Of a stretch of DNA of 64,000 nt, positions 37,124 through 45,842 are shown piece by piece; the stretch's first letter is position 1, and each line of letters begins with the position of its first letter. The DNA is from a virus (lineage: Duplodnaviria; Heunggongvirae; Uroviricota; Caudoviricetes). The DNA lies in the IMG/VR virus record IMGVR_UViG_3300023174_000034. One strand, 5' to 3'. Made by a program: the position numbers and the translations under genes. Under the pieces are notes generated by a model. It was not told the DNA's origin and searched no databases. It worked only from the letters and a program-made list of their open reading frames with translations.

Positions 37124-37432
37124 CTAAATTTCTTCAGTGGTAATCTGTTCAGTCCATCCACCTGGATGAGTTGCAATACCTTGAGCATTAGAAAACTGTT
37201 CCTGAGACATTAGTTTTACTAGGAATCTATTGGCTGATTGCTTATCGTCGAAATCTCGTGTGAACACGGCATCTGTATCTGTATAAGTAACATCGTTCAC
37301 AACATCCAATCCGTTGCTTTTGCACAAAGCAATTTTTTGAGCAGTAGCCTCATCAAGTTCGGATCCAAGAAACCACCAAGGATTGGTATCAGTTTTGGTA
37401 AGTTTAATTGTTATGCGATATGCCATTGTCAT
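37124..37432 (-). CDS. Hypothetical protein.
   Basis: Minus-strand 102-aa ORF. Confidence 0.45.
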   Translation of the reverse strand: MTMAYRITIKLTKTDTNPWWFLGSELDEATAQKIALCKSNGLDVVNDVTYTDTDAVFTRDFDDKQSANRFLVKLMSQEQFSNAQGIATHPGGWTEQITTEEI

Positions 37433-37459
37433 TGACTCCTATGTTGTATTTATGTTAAA

Positions 37460-37852
37460 GTGTGTGTTATGGCATATCAAATTTATTCTAACTCTGCATC
37501 CACGCTAGGCAATGTAACTATCAATCCTTATCAAGGCGCTGGGCTATATCAAGTGACCGGGACCGGCGGGTACACACTGGCAACTGGTAACAGTAATGGC
37601 ACCTGGGCCAGCGTGGTAAGCTCTGGCACTACCACACCATCAATTCAAGTAAAAGGTGATGCCGAATTTGAAGGCAACGTTACCATAAATGGTGCTAACT
37701 TGGCCGAAACCCTACAGCGAATACAAGAGAGACTGGCCATCTTGGTTCCTGATCCCAAGCTCTTGGACAAATACGACGCCTTGCAACAAGCATACGAACA
37801 CTACAAAATTCTAGAGGCCCTGTGTGTTGAACAATATAATCCTGACAAATAG
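37460..37852 (+). CDS. Hypothetical protein.
   Basis: 130-aa ORF. Confidence 0.4.
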   Translation: MCVMAYQIYSNSASTLGNVTINPYQGAGLYQVTGTGGYTLATGNSNGTWASVVSSGTTTPSIQVKGDAEFEGNVTINGANLAETLQRIQERLAILVPDPKLLDKYDALQQAYEHYKILEALCVEQYNPDK

Positions 37853-38036
37853 CGGAGATTCGTGGTACCTAAATGTGGGTAGAGTCACACGCGAACAACG
37901 AGAACAAATGATTGCCTGGTGTTACGAATGTTGGGGAACCTGGTGGGGCGAAGTGGATACCAGTTTGGACACAACCGTTTTTATTTTTCCCCGATTGAGC
38001 CATGCAAATTGGTTCATGTTAAAATGGGTAGATTGA
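37824..38036 (+). CDS. FxLKW-family small protein (variant C-terminus ANWFMLKWVD).
   Basis: Trp-rich. Family C-terminal motif. Confidence 0.4.
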   Translation: MLNNIILTNSGDSWYLNVGRVTREQREQMIAWCYECWGTWWGEVDTSLDTTVFIFPRLSHANWFMLKWVD

Positions 38037-38066
38037 CATAGTGTAAATAATATGCTATACTAAATC

Positions 38067-38255
38067 ATGACTACTATAACATTAACTGATCCAAATCGAG
38101 CAACTGCGGCCGGAGCATGGGCAGTGAAAAACATTGGCTATAAACATTGGACACTAAATGTTCCTGCTGAAGCTGTGTTTACCAAAAACCCTCGTTATGA
38201 GTTTACTTTTGATCGTAAAAAAGATGCAGTATTATTTTCTCTAAAATGGATATGA
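38067..38255 (+). CDS. FxLKW-family small protein.
   Basis: C-terminus KKDAVLFSLKWI. Confidence 0.5.
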   Translation: MTTITLTDPNRATAAGAWAVKNIGYKHWTLNVPAEAVFTKNPRYEFTFDRKKDAVLFSLKWI

Positions 38256-38264
38256 CAAACGGGC

Positions 38265-38474
38265 ATGAAGATCGTAACCCTACCATTCCGTGAAGGCACT
38301 TCAGAACAAGAATCACATCGTGGCGTGATGATTTCTCGTTGGCTCAAGGAACAGGGTATTATCATGGGCAAGGATTATACTTGGCGTGTGGATCAACATG
38401 CTCGTGAACTACAATTTATGTTTAACGGTGATGCAGAATCATGGGCAACCATGCTGACTATAAAAGAACTATGA
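38265..38474 (+). CDS. Small protein, a weak FxLKW-family member (…SWATMLTIKEL).
   Basis: Tandem position within the array. Confidence 0.4.
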   Translation: MKIVTLPFREGTSEQESHRGVMISRWLKEQGIIMGKDYTWRVDQHARELQFMFNGDAESWATMLTIKEL

Positions 38475-38689
38475 TTACCATACCCGTTGAACCCTACTAC
38501 GACAAACTGCAAGAGTATCATCGTGACCACAAGATTGATGTGGACTTTTGGGAGTGGATTAAAACTGAGTACGGTGCTTACCAAGTTTGGATCAAAACTA
38601 ATCCCACAGCAGTGGGCGAAAAGGAAGCGTCGGGGCTGATGTTTGGTGAAGACGAAGAAGCCACGCTGTTTACATTGAAATGGTCATAG
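38471..38689 (+). CDS. FxLKW-family small protein.
   Basis: C-terminus EEATLFTLKWS. ATGA overlap with the previous gene. Confidence 0.5.
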   Translation: MITIPVEPYYDKLQEYHRDHKIDVDFWEWIKTEYGAYQVWIKTNPTAVGEKEASGLMFGEDEEATLFTLKWS

Positions 38690-38931
38690 AACGATCAGAA
38701 GGGCGTGTGTATGGTGCAAGATATTGGACTGTGCATCCAGTGATGGAGCCAAATTGGGTGTACGAACATCAGCGCAGTTGGGACGAAATGCTGGCATGGG
38801 TGATTGATACATTTGGTCCTACTGCCAAGGATGGTGTGTGGACTCCTAGTCAACGATGGTATGTGAACAATGCAAAGTTTTGGTTCCGTGAAGAAAAAGA
38901 TCTACTGGTATTTTTATTGAAGTGGCAATGA
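38680..38931 (+). CDS. FxLKW-family small protein.
   Basis: C-terminus EKDLLVFLLKWQ. Confidence 0.5.
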   Translation: MVIERSEGRVYGARYWTVHPVMEPNWVYEHQRSWDEMLAWVIDTFGPTAKDGVWTPSQRWYVNNAKFWFREEKDLLVFLLKWQ

Positions 38932-39164
38932 TCAAAGACGAAACTTTTCCGTTTCCTAACAATTGGACACAGGTATTTGTGTCTTGGGAACGCATGATGG
39001 AGCAACAACCCAATTGCCAAGACGTGACCAATTGGGTAGAAAATGAGTATACGGGGTTTGGTAGGTACCAGTTGCGTGGACCAGACTGGTGTCCAACGTC
39101 AGGTTTTTTGTTTTACTTTGAAGACGAACGAGACGCAATTACTTTTATTCTCAAATGGTTATGA
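38922..39164 (+). CDS. FxLKW-family small protein.
   Basis: C-terminus ERDAITFILKWL. The true ATG is probably at 38928. Confidence 0.5.
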   Translation: MAMIKDETFPFPNNWTQVFVSWERMMEQQPNCQDVTNWVENEYTGFGRYQLRGPDWCPTSGFLFYFEDERDAITFILKWL

Positions 39165-39415
39165 ACTCAGCACAAAAGCGCAGACACAATCGTGGGCTAA
39201 GAAAACTAGATCACGAAATACTAATAGATGCACACAAACATCGTGATGCTGGTGCATGGTGCCAGGCGCAGTTTGGCAAGCGTTGGGAAGCAATAGGCAA
39301 GAACACCGACGGAGACTGGTGTATGTTTTGGGCCGGCAGAGAAGCTCATGACAAGTATAGATTTTGTTTTGCACAGGAGGCAGACGCAATCGTGTTTGCA
39401 CTGAAATGGGTATGA
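39155..39415 (+). CDS. FxLKW-family small protein.
   Basis: C-terminus EADAIVFALKWV. Confidence 0.5.
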   Translation: MVMNSAQKRRHNRGLRKLDHEILIDAHKHRDAGAWCQAQFGKRWEAIGKNTDGDWCMFWAGREAHDKYRFCFAQEADAIVFALKWV

Positions 39416-39597
39416 GACACACAGTAACACTACCTTTTATCTACGAATGGCATCCAGGTACCTGGGCTAAAGAACACTGCCTAAGTTATCTGTCGGCTAC
39501 TGCTTATTGGGATGTAGAAGATCCAGACACCAGCATAGTCGAGTATCATTTTGAGAATGAAAAAGACGCGGCAATTTTTACACTAAGGTGGATATAA
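39412..39597 (+). CDS. FxLKW-family small protein.
   Basis: C-terminus EKDAAIFTLRWI. ATGA overlap. Confidence 0.5.
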   Translation: MRHTVTLPFIYEWHPGTWAKEHCLSYLSATAYWDVEDPDTSIVEYHFENEKDAAIFTLRWI

Positions 39598-39690
39598 AAT
39601 GATTAAAAAACTATGGCAACGGATTGTAATGGAAATACGCTATCGTAAAAGACTGCGTGAGTTACGCAAAAAAGATCCGTTTATATACAA

Positions 39691-40635
39691 ATGATACACT
39701 GGGGGATCAACGCACTCAATCACGGCACTAGCCTGGCTGTGATCAAAGACAGCAGACTGGTACAGTTTGATTACTCACCAGCTGAACATGCTTTTGACGA
39801 ACTGAAACGACAGGCCTTGGATCATGGCGCACCAGATGTCATGTACTGGTACGAACGTCCTTGGATCAAAAAAGCACGACAACTACGTGCCGGGCAGTAC
39901 AGCGCGGCCATGGACATGAGCGTGTTGCCCAGTCAGTGGCTCAAACAACACAGACTTGGCTATGCCGGCCTGCGCTACACGCCACATCATGCTAGCCATG
40001 CCGCGGCAGGTTACTATACTAGTCCTTTCAATCACTGTGCCATTGTTGTGCTTGATGCCATTGGCGAGTTTGAATGTGCAACCATCTGGGAAGGCCTGCA
40101 TGGAGAAATGCGTAAGGTCTGGAGTGCCAGCTATCCGCACAGTCTAGGCTTGTTCTACAGCGCATTTACAAAACTGCTAGGGCTAGAGCCTATCAAGCAA
40201 GAACACATCTTGCAACAGATGTCTGCACAAGGCGACCCTGAACGTTTTTATCATGCGGTCAAACGCTACATAGACTTCACAGTTGACCTTAAGTATAATC
40301 TACATGCAGGTGTTCCAGACTGGCCACATGAGATCGAATCAGTCCAGGATGAATCGGACCTGGCGGCGGCTGTGCAACGAGTGTTTGAAGAACAGGTGTC
40401 AGCAGTGATGCTGAAAGCACGGCAACTGATAAACAGTGATTGTCTAGTGTACATGGGTGGCTGTGCCATGAACAGCCAGGCAAACGAATACGAAGTCAAG
40501 GCTTGGAAGTATGTGTGGTCGTTGCCTAACCCAGGCGACCCTAGCAGTGCAATTGGTGCTGTGCTGTATCACACCAAAGAAAGAATATGGAATTGGCAAT
40601 GGGATCCAGTAAAGCACATACAGATCAAGGTTTAG
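39691..40635 (+). CDS. Carbamoyltransferase N-terminal (NodU/CmcH, Kae1/ASKHA-like) domain protein lacking the C-terminal domain.
   Basis: HHASHAAAGYYTSPF, IVVLDAIGE, GGCAMNS and NPGDPSSAIGA match Carbam_trans_N blocks. Confidence 0.5.
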   Translation: MIHWGINALNHGTSLAVIKDSRLVQFDYSPAEHAFDELKRQALDHGAPDVMYWYERPWIKKARQLRAGQYSAAMDMSVLPSQWLKQHRLGYAGLRYTPHHASHAAAGYYTSPFNHCAIVVLDAIGEFECATIWEGLHGEMRKVWSASYPHSLGLFYSAFTKLLGLEPIKQEHILQQMSAQGDPERFYHAVKRYIDFTVDLKYNLHAGVPDWPHEIESVQDESDLAAAVQRVFEEQVSAVMLKARQLINSDCLVYMGGCAMNSQANEYEVKAWKYVWSLPNPGDPSSAIGAVLYHTKERIWNWQWDPVKHIQIKV

Positions 40636-40931
40636 AAGATTACATAGCAGAATTGATCGCACAAGAAATATCTGAAGAAATTGATCGCAACATAATAGAC
40701 AGTATCATTTGGGAGGCAACTTTGAAGAACAATGCTACGTGGCACCTGGTACAATTAAAATGGGAAAAAGGCAAAGACACCGCCTACTTTTGGAACGAAG
40801 CATGTGCCTGGGCCGTGGAAAATTTTGGGCTTCCTGGCGACAATTATGTGACACATCCTACCGAAAACTACATGGACTTCTTGTTCAAGAATGAAAAAGA
40901 TGCTATACTAATGACACTTAAATGGATCTAG
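40587..40931 (+). CDS. FxLKW-family protein (114 aa).
   Basis: C-terminus EKDAILMTLKWI. Start uncertain because it overlaps the end of the previous gene. Confidence 0.45.
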   Translation: MELAMGSSKAHTDQGLEDYIAELIAQEISEEIDRNIIDSIIWEATLKNNATWHLVQLKWEKGKDTAYFWNEACAWAVENFGLPGDNYVTHPTENYMDFLFKNEKDAILMTLKWI

Positions 40932-40932
40932 C

Positions 40933-41172
40933 ATGAAACACCATGAGCTCACACATGCAGAATGGAATCGTATCCGCGAACAAATTCGCACTGAGTTTGG
41001 TAACAGTATGATCATGCTACGAAGCAGGATGCGTGACGAACTGGGATTCATGCCTCGTGAACACCGTTCATGGGTGCCAAAAATGGATGGCGGGCACTGG
41101 GGTGAAACAGAGATCCATATTGACTTTTACACGGAGCAGGCCAGGACTTGGTTCCTACTGAAATTTGTATGA
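40933..41172 (+). CDS. FxLKW-family variant (…EQARTWFLLKFV).
   Basis: Coupled ORF at the end of the array. Confidence 0.45.
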   Translation: MKHHELTHAEWNRIREQIRTEFGNSMIMLRSRMRDELGFMPREHRSWVPKMDGGHWGETEIHIDFYTEQARTWFLLKFV

Positions 41173-41600
41173 CGATGACTGAAGAACAAATTCGCGAACT
41201 TGCTGGCATATTTGATGACATCATCACCAGTGACAGCGATGCTGTAAAAAGTGCATTTCACAGATTGGCATTCCTAAGTTCTCTAGCACAACACACAAAG
41301 GAAGAACCCGGACCGTTCATTGACATGGTAACAAGGCTGGACTGGATGGAACGTGAAATGATAGAGATGAAACGTGACATACAGATACTGCAAAACAATG
41401 GTCAGAGTGATATGTTCACTGATTCAGATAGTCCAGCTGATATAACAATAAATTATGGTGCGGTCAATCTCACTGGCAGTGGCGGCACAATGCTTGGCGG
41501 ACATAACTATGTTAACATTGCTCCACTGACATCAAATGACATTGTAAGTCTTACCCCTGTGGACTTTGGCACAATTAAATTAACCAACGGAGCAACCTAG
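41148..41600 (+). CDS. Hypothetical protein.
   Basis: 150-aa coupled ORF. Confidence 0.4.
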   Translation: MVPTEICMTMTEEQIRELAGIFDDIITSDSDAVKSAFHRLAFLSSLAQHTKEEPGPFIDMVTRLDWMEREMIEMKRDIQILQNNGQSDMFTDSDSPADITINYGAVNLTGSGGTMLGGHNYVNIAPLTSNDIVSLTPVDFGTIKLTNGAT

Positions 41601-42449
41601 ATGGCACAACATTCTCAATACTGGAGCAACACTAAATTCGCCGGGTGGATCCGCGGTGTAGTAAAACCACATGCCCTGACCAGCGAAGGTTGGGATGCGT
41701 GGAATGATTCTGCACAAAAAGCATTCCCTGTTCGCTACTGGATTGCTGAAGAAGCACTGGACTGGCTACAGGACTTTGTGACATGGCCTGTTAGGAAAAT
41801 TTATGACATCAAGTATTACATCAACAATCGCTGGGTCACTGGGACTCATCGTCTTACTGCACACCCTCGAAACATCAAGCCTGGCGACTGGTGCGATGTT
41901 GGCAATCGCTTCCTTCCTTGTCTTTTCAATGAGCTTGTGGACTTTGTTGAAATAGAACAAGCCTGGCATCACATTGCCTGGGGTGACGAAGAAGTTCGTG
42001 CAAAGTACAAGCCTCCATTCTGGGCCTCTGGTTGGTTCCGCTGGAGAACCTGGCGCTGTGCTGAAGCAGGACTAGACAGTCTTGAATGGCAAAGTCGTCT
42101 GACCAAGGGCACAGATGGCTGGAACAAAAACGAAGAAGATGCAGATGACCCAACACCACAGGCTGTGAAAGCACAGGAAATCATGGACCTGTACAACTGG
42201 TGGACAAAGGTCTACCCAAACCGACCGGACCCATATGAAGCCAGCGGGTGGACAGCAGTGTGCGAAGAAGAACGAGCAGCCAATGGTGGTAAACTACACA
42301 TAGGCAGTCTTGGCAAAAGTAGCCCAGCATTGCGTAAGCGCATAGACCAGGCGCACAAGATGATTAACAAAATGGAAAAAGACAACGAAAAAGAAGACGA
42401 AGTCATGATGATCCGTTTGATCAAAGTTAGGCAAGGTCTATGGACTTGA
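41601..42449 (+). CDS. Hypothetical Trp-rich protein (282 aa).
   Basis: ORF immediately after the previous stop. Confidence 0.45.
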   Translation: MAQHSQYWSNTKFAGWIRGVVKPHALTSEGWDAWNDSAQKAFPVRYWIAEEALDWLQDFVTWPVRKIYDIKYYINNRWVTGTHRLTAHPRNIKPGDWCDVGNRFLPCLFNELVDFVEIEQAWHHIAWGDEEVRAKYKPPFWASGWFRWRTWRCAEAGLDSLEWQSRLTKGTDGWNKNEEDADDPTPQAVKAQEIMDLYNWWTKVYPNRPDPYEASGWTAVCEEERAANGGKLHIGSLGKSSPALRKRIDQAHKMINKMEKDNEKEDEVMMIRLIKVRQGLWT

Positions 42450-42645
42450 AGTGCATACATTGTGGTTCAGGCCAGGGCTACAACGAACAGTACGATGCCT
42501 ACTACTGTGCTCCCTGCAATGCATGGATGGAAGAACCATGCACTGATCCAGATTGTGAATTCTGTGCTAATCGCCCGGAAAAGCCTGTGGTTGACAACAA
42601 AACCCAGAATAATGTATAATTAAACATAAACATTGAGGATTCTGA

Positions 42646-42987
42646 ATGAGTGAGATCTTTACATTTATAGGCGTAGTTTGGTTTGTTCTTTTGTGCTTGC
42701 GTTTTGTTGCAGAACGTGCTAGTATCAAAAATGAAATAAACAAGGTTAGAGAATTTGCTGACGCACGTATTCGTGTGGTGCAATTGGAGCCTGTGGCCGA
42801 AAAAGGACTGATACTTGCATACGACGGTGAAAACCACAATTTCCTAGGGCAAGGGCTTGACATTGATGATGTAAAATCTCGCATCATGGAACGGTATCCA
42901 GAAAAGATTTTTCTACTAGATGACAAAGTATTTTCTGCACTCAATGTAAATCTAGAGGTCAAACTTGAAAACTCAACTACCCGCTGA
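42646..42987 (+). CDS. Hypothetical membrane-anchored protein.
   Basis: N-terminal TM helix. GAGGA RBS. Confidence 0.4.
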   Translation: MSEIFTFIGVVWFVLLCLRFVAERASIKNEINKVREFADARIRVVQLEPVAEKGLILAYDGENHNFLGQGLDIDDVKSRIMERYPEKIFLLDDKVFSALNVNLEVKLENSTTR

Positions 42988-43324
42988 AGGTATCTTACTA
43001 CACAAGGACTTTGGAGATGCCAAGTATTACATCGTACCGTGTGACTGCTGTTCAACCGATTGTGCCCACACCGTCTGTGTTGAAGCAGAAGACACCGGCG
43101 TTACTGTTACCACCTATACGCAACAAAAAACCAAATGGTGGCAACTCAACAGATGGCAAATCATTTGGCGACTGCTTACAAGAGGTTATGTCGAATACGA
43201 AGCCTCGATCATAATGACTCGACAACAGGCTGTTAATTATGCAGGTGTGCTACAAAGTGCCAGCCAGGACGTAGAAACATTCCGTAAACAACGCCAAGCT
43301 AAAAATGATCAATCTAAAATTTGA
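42965..43324 (+). CDS. Hypothetical protein.
   Basis: 119-aa ORF. Confidence 0.35.
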   Translation: MKTQLPAEGILLHKDFGDAKYYIVPCDCCSTDCAHTVCVEAEDTGVTVTTYTQQKTKWWQLNRWQIIWRLLTRGYVEYEASIIMTRQQAVNYAGVLQSASQDVETFRKQRQAKNDQSKI

Positions 43325-43924
43325 TATAGGCAATCCCTGGAGCGACACATGCAGATGGGTTGTACTTTGGAACAAAAGTGGTTTGTTTACCAAGCATAAG
43401 GCTTGGGAATTTAATGGTTACCAGACAAGTCGGGTGGTTGATATAGAATTTGATTTAAGACTCAGAGGTGATCATGCAGGCGCTAGAATCATGTTAGGGT
43501 TGTTTGGCCATGAAGTTGAACTACACATCTACGATGTTCGGCACTGGAATCACGATACCAACACCTGGGCAACTCATGATTGAAATTTTTATACCTGTGT
43601 TGTTTATCTGTGTGGGTAACAACTGCGAGTTCATGCAGGCACAGGCTCACTATATGTCAGACGCACAATGCAGATCCAGTTTGGACATGCAAAAGAAACA
43701 CATGCGAGATCTGATCAAACAAGCAGGACAAGAAGTCAAAAGCATGGAAGGTACCTGTATACAGGCAACTGTCAATGCTAGATCAAAAACGGAAAAAGAT
43801 ATATGATCGAATTTTGGCATGCTGTTGAATGGTTTGCGTACGGTGCGATTGTGGGATATTTTGCACACCCTGTTTGGCAACTGTTGACAAGAATTGTCGA
43901 AGAAGCTAAAATAGCTAAAACTGA

Positions 43925-44317
43925 GTGGAGAAACCCCAAATGACCATGCACCTTGTACACCCTAGCTTGAGTCTTACTGGCAAAAAGCGTGGTAAGAAAA
44001 AGTTTGCATCAGCGGCTCATGCGTCCAAAGCACGTGAGCTTGATGCAGACTGGGCGGCACTCATGGTCAAATGGGGCCCTGGCAAGGTCGCACCTGCTCC
44101 AAAGAAACAAAAACTTGAATACAAACTAGAGATTCCCGAAGGGCGTAGCACACGACACATTCCCAGTAGAGACACTGGTGGTAATGCTGTACTGGCACCT
44201 GCCAAGGTCTATACAGGAACCATGGTAAAAGGCATTGCCACCATGCACAAGTCAAATGCGGTGCCTGTGTTTTCGGACCAAGAAGCAATTGACATAAGTA
44301 AAATGCGCCGTGGATAA
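43925..44317 (+). CDS. Hypothetical basic protein.
   Basis: 130-aa ORF. Confidence 0.4.
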   Translation: MEKPQMTMHLVHPSLSLTGKKRGKKKFASAAHASKARELDADWAALMVKWGPGKVAPAPKKQKLEYKLEIPEGRSTRHIPSRDTGGNAVLAPAKVYTGTMVKGIATMHKSNAVPVFSDQEAIDISKMRRG

Positions 44318-44345
44318 CGGCTAATATATAGGAGATCATGCCCCT

Positions 44346-44567
44346 GTGGCCAAAGAAGAATTTGTTAACATGACTGGTATTGTGGAAGAAGTACTTCCCA
44401 ATGCCACGTTCCGAGTTGTGCTAAAAGACACACAACACAAGATTATTGCATACCTTGGCGGCAAACTGCGCCAAAACAACATCAAAGTGCTCATGGGAGA
44501 TACCGTAGAGCTTGAAATGAGTCCATACGATTTAAGTCGTGGGCGCATTACGTATCGCAATAAATAG
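44346..44567 (+). CDS. infA: Translation initiation factor IF-1.
   Basis: VAKEEFVNMTGIVEEVLPNATFRVVLKDTQHKIIAYLGGKLRQNNIKVLMGDTVELEMSPYDLSRGRITYRNK aligns along its whole length with E. coli IF1 ([69 protein letters not shown]). GTG start after AGGAG. Confidence 0.8.
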   Translation: MAKEEFVNMTGIVEEVLPNATFRVVLKDTQHKIIAYLGGKLRQNNIKVLMGDTVELEMSPYDLSRGRITYRNK

Positions 44568-45137
44568 TTGATGCAAGACCTACGTCAACTCGTTACCCTG
44601 GTAGAATCTGTCAAAGACGATCGTCGTCTAGAACAAACAGAACTGCCTTATGGGAAAAAAGACCTATACCCGGCCATAAGCGAAGACACTATCAACTATC
44701 ACTATGGCAAGCTCTACAAGGGCTATGTTGACCGTTACAACAAAGGCGAAGGCGATCCTGACTTTAACGAAGCAGGCGCCTTCTTACACGACCTGTACTT
44801 TACTCAGCTACAGGAAGTAGGCGGAGCAAATAAACCAGATGGTGCCAGCGAAGCATTGATCAACAGACGCTTTGGCAGTTTCGACAAGTTCAAGGATCAG
44901 CTTGCTGAAGAAGCCATGAAGATACAAGGCTCTGGGTGGATCTACTTGAGTCGTTCAGGCGACATCAAAACAATTAAAAATCATGAAATTAAAAAGGACA
45001 TTGCTCTGCTGATAGACTGGTGGGAGCATGCCTGGGCATTAGATTACCAAGCCGATAAGGCCAAGTACTTGAAAAACTTTTGGCGCATTATCAATTGGGA
45101 AGTTATCAATCGAAGAATTTACGGCGGAGCAAAATGA
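44568..45137 (+). CDS. Fe/Mn superoxide dismutase-like protein (divergent).
   Basis: N-terminal [29 protein letters not shown] resembles LPYAYDALEPHIS...HHxKHHxxYV. C-terminal [34 protein letters not shown] resembles [28 protein letters not shown]. Metal ligands appear retained (His in HYGK, FLHD, D/H in DWWEH). The HHxKHH block is degenerate. Confidence 0.6.
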   Translation: MMQDLRQLVTLVESVKDDRRLEQTELPYGKKDLYPAISEDTINYHYGKLYKGYVDRYNKGEGDPDFNEAGAFLHDLYFTQLQEVGGANKPDGASEALINRRFGSFDKFKDQLAEEAMKIQGSGWIYLSRSGDIKTIKNHEIKKDIALLIDWWEHAWALDYQADKAKYLKNFWRIINWEVINRRIYGGAK

Positions 45138-45466
45138 CATATATTGTAGACGGTGCTTGCATCAAGTGCAAGTACCAGGACTGCGTGGTAGTCTGCCCTG
45201 TTGACTGTTTCAAAGAAGGACCAGAGTTCTTGATCATCAACCCAGACGAATGTATTGACTGTGGCGTGTGCGAACCCGAATGTCCAGCAGGTGCTATACA
45301 TCCTGATACTTACATGACTCCAGATCTGGAATATTGGGCCCGGATCAACGTTGACCTAAATAAAACATACCAACCTATCACTCGCAAAGGAGCTGTGCCA
45401 GCAGATGCTGATCATTGGAATCCCAAGTTAAATACAAGTGTAGGTAACAAAAAGGATCTATTATGA
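45134..45466 (+). CDS. fdxA: 7Fe (3Fe-4S + 4Fe-4S) ferredoxin of the Azotobacter FdxA type.
   Basis: [54 protein letters not shown] is almost motif-for-motif FdxA. ATGA overlap with the previous gene. Confidence 0.8.
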   Translation: MTYIVDGACIKCKYQDCVVVCPVDCFKEGPEFLIINPDECIDCGVCEPECPAGAIHPDTYMTPDLEYWARINVDLNKTYQPITRKGAVPADADHWNPKLNTSVGNKKDLL

Positions 45467-45786
45467 TCAGTCTAAAGCCCAGTGCTGTTGAAAAAATACG
45501 TGACCTAATTGCAGAAGAAAATAATCCTGATCTAAAACTACGCATATTTGTGCAAGGTGGCGGTTGTTCAGGTTTCAGTTACGGCTTTACATTTGACGAA
45601 ATGGTCAATGAAGATGACTTTGATCTAGACTTCCAAGGTGTGCATTTACTTGTAGACAGCATGAGTAACCAGTATCTAGACGGCGCAGAAGTGGATTATG
45701 TAGAAGAACTCATGGGATCTCAGTTCAAGATAAACAACCCAAATGCTGCCACGAGTTGTGGTTGTGGCAGTAGTTTCAGCGTCTAA
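45463..45786 (+). CDS. IscA/ErpA/HesB-type A-type Fe-S cluster carrier.
   Basis: [12 protein letters not shown]...[16 protein letters not shown] (Cys-x(n)-CGCG signature). Confidence 0.8.
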   Translation: MISLKPSAVEKIRDLIAEENNPDLKLRIFVQGGGCSGFSYGFTFDEMVNEDDFDLDFQGVHLLVDSMSNQYLDGAEVDYVEELMGSQFKINNPNAATSCGCGSSFSV

Positions 45787-45842
45787 ACAGCCAAATTCCT
45801 TTATCCTTTAACCTTCATAAATATCAAATATGAGGGTGGATA

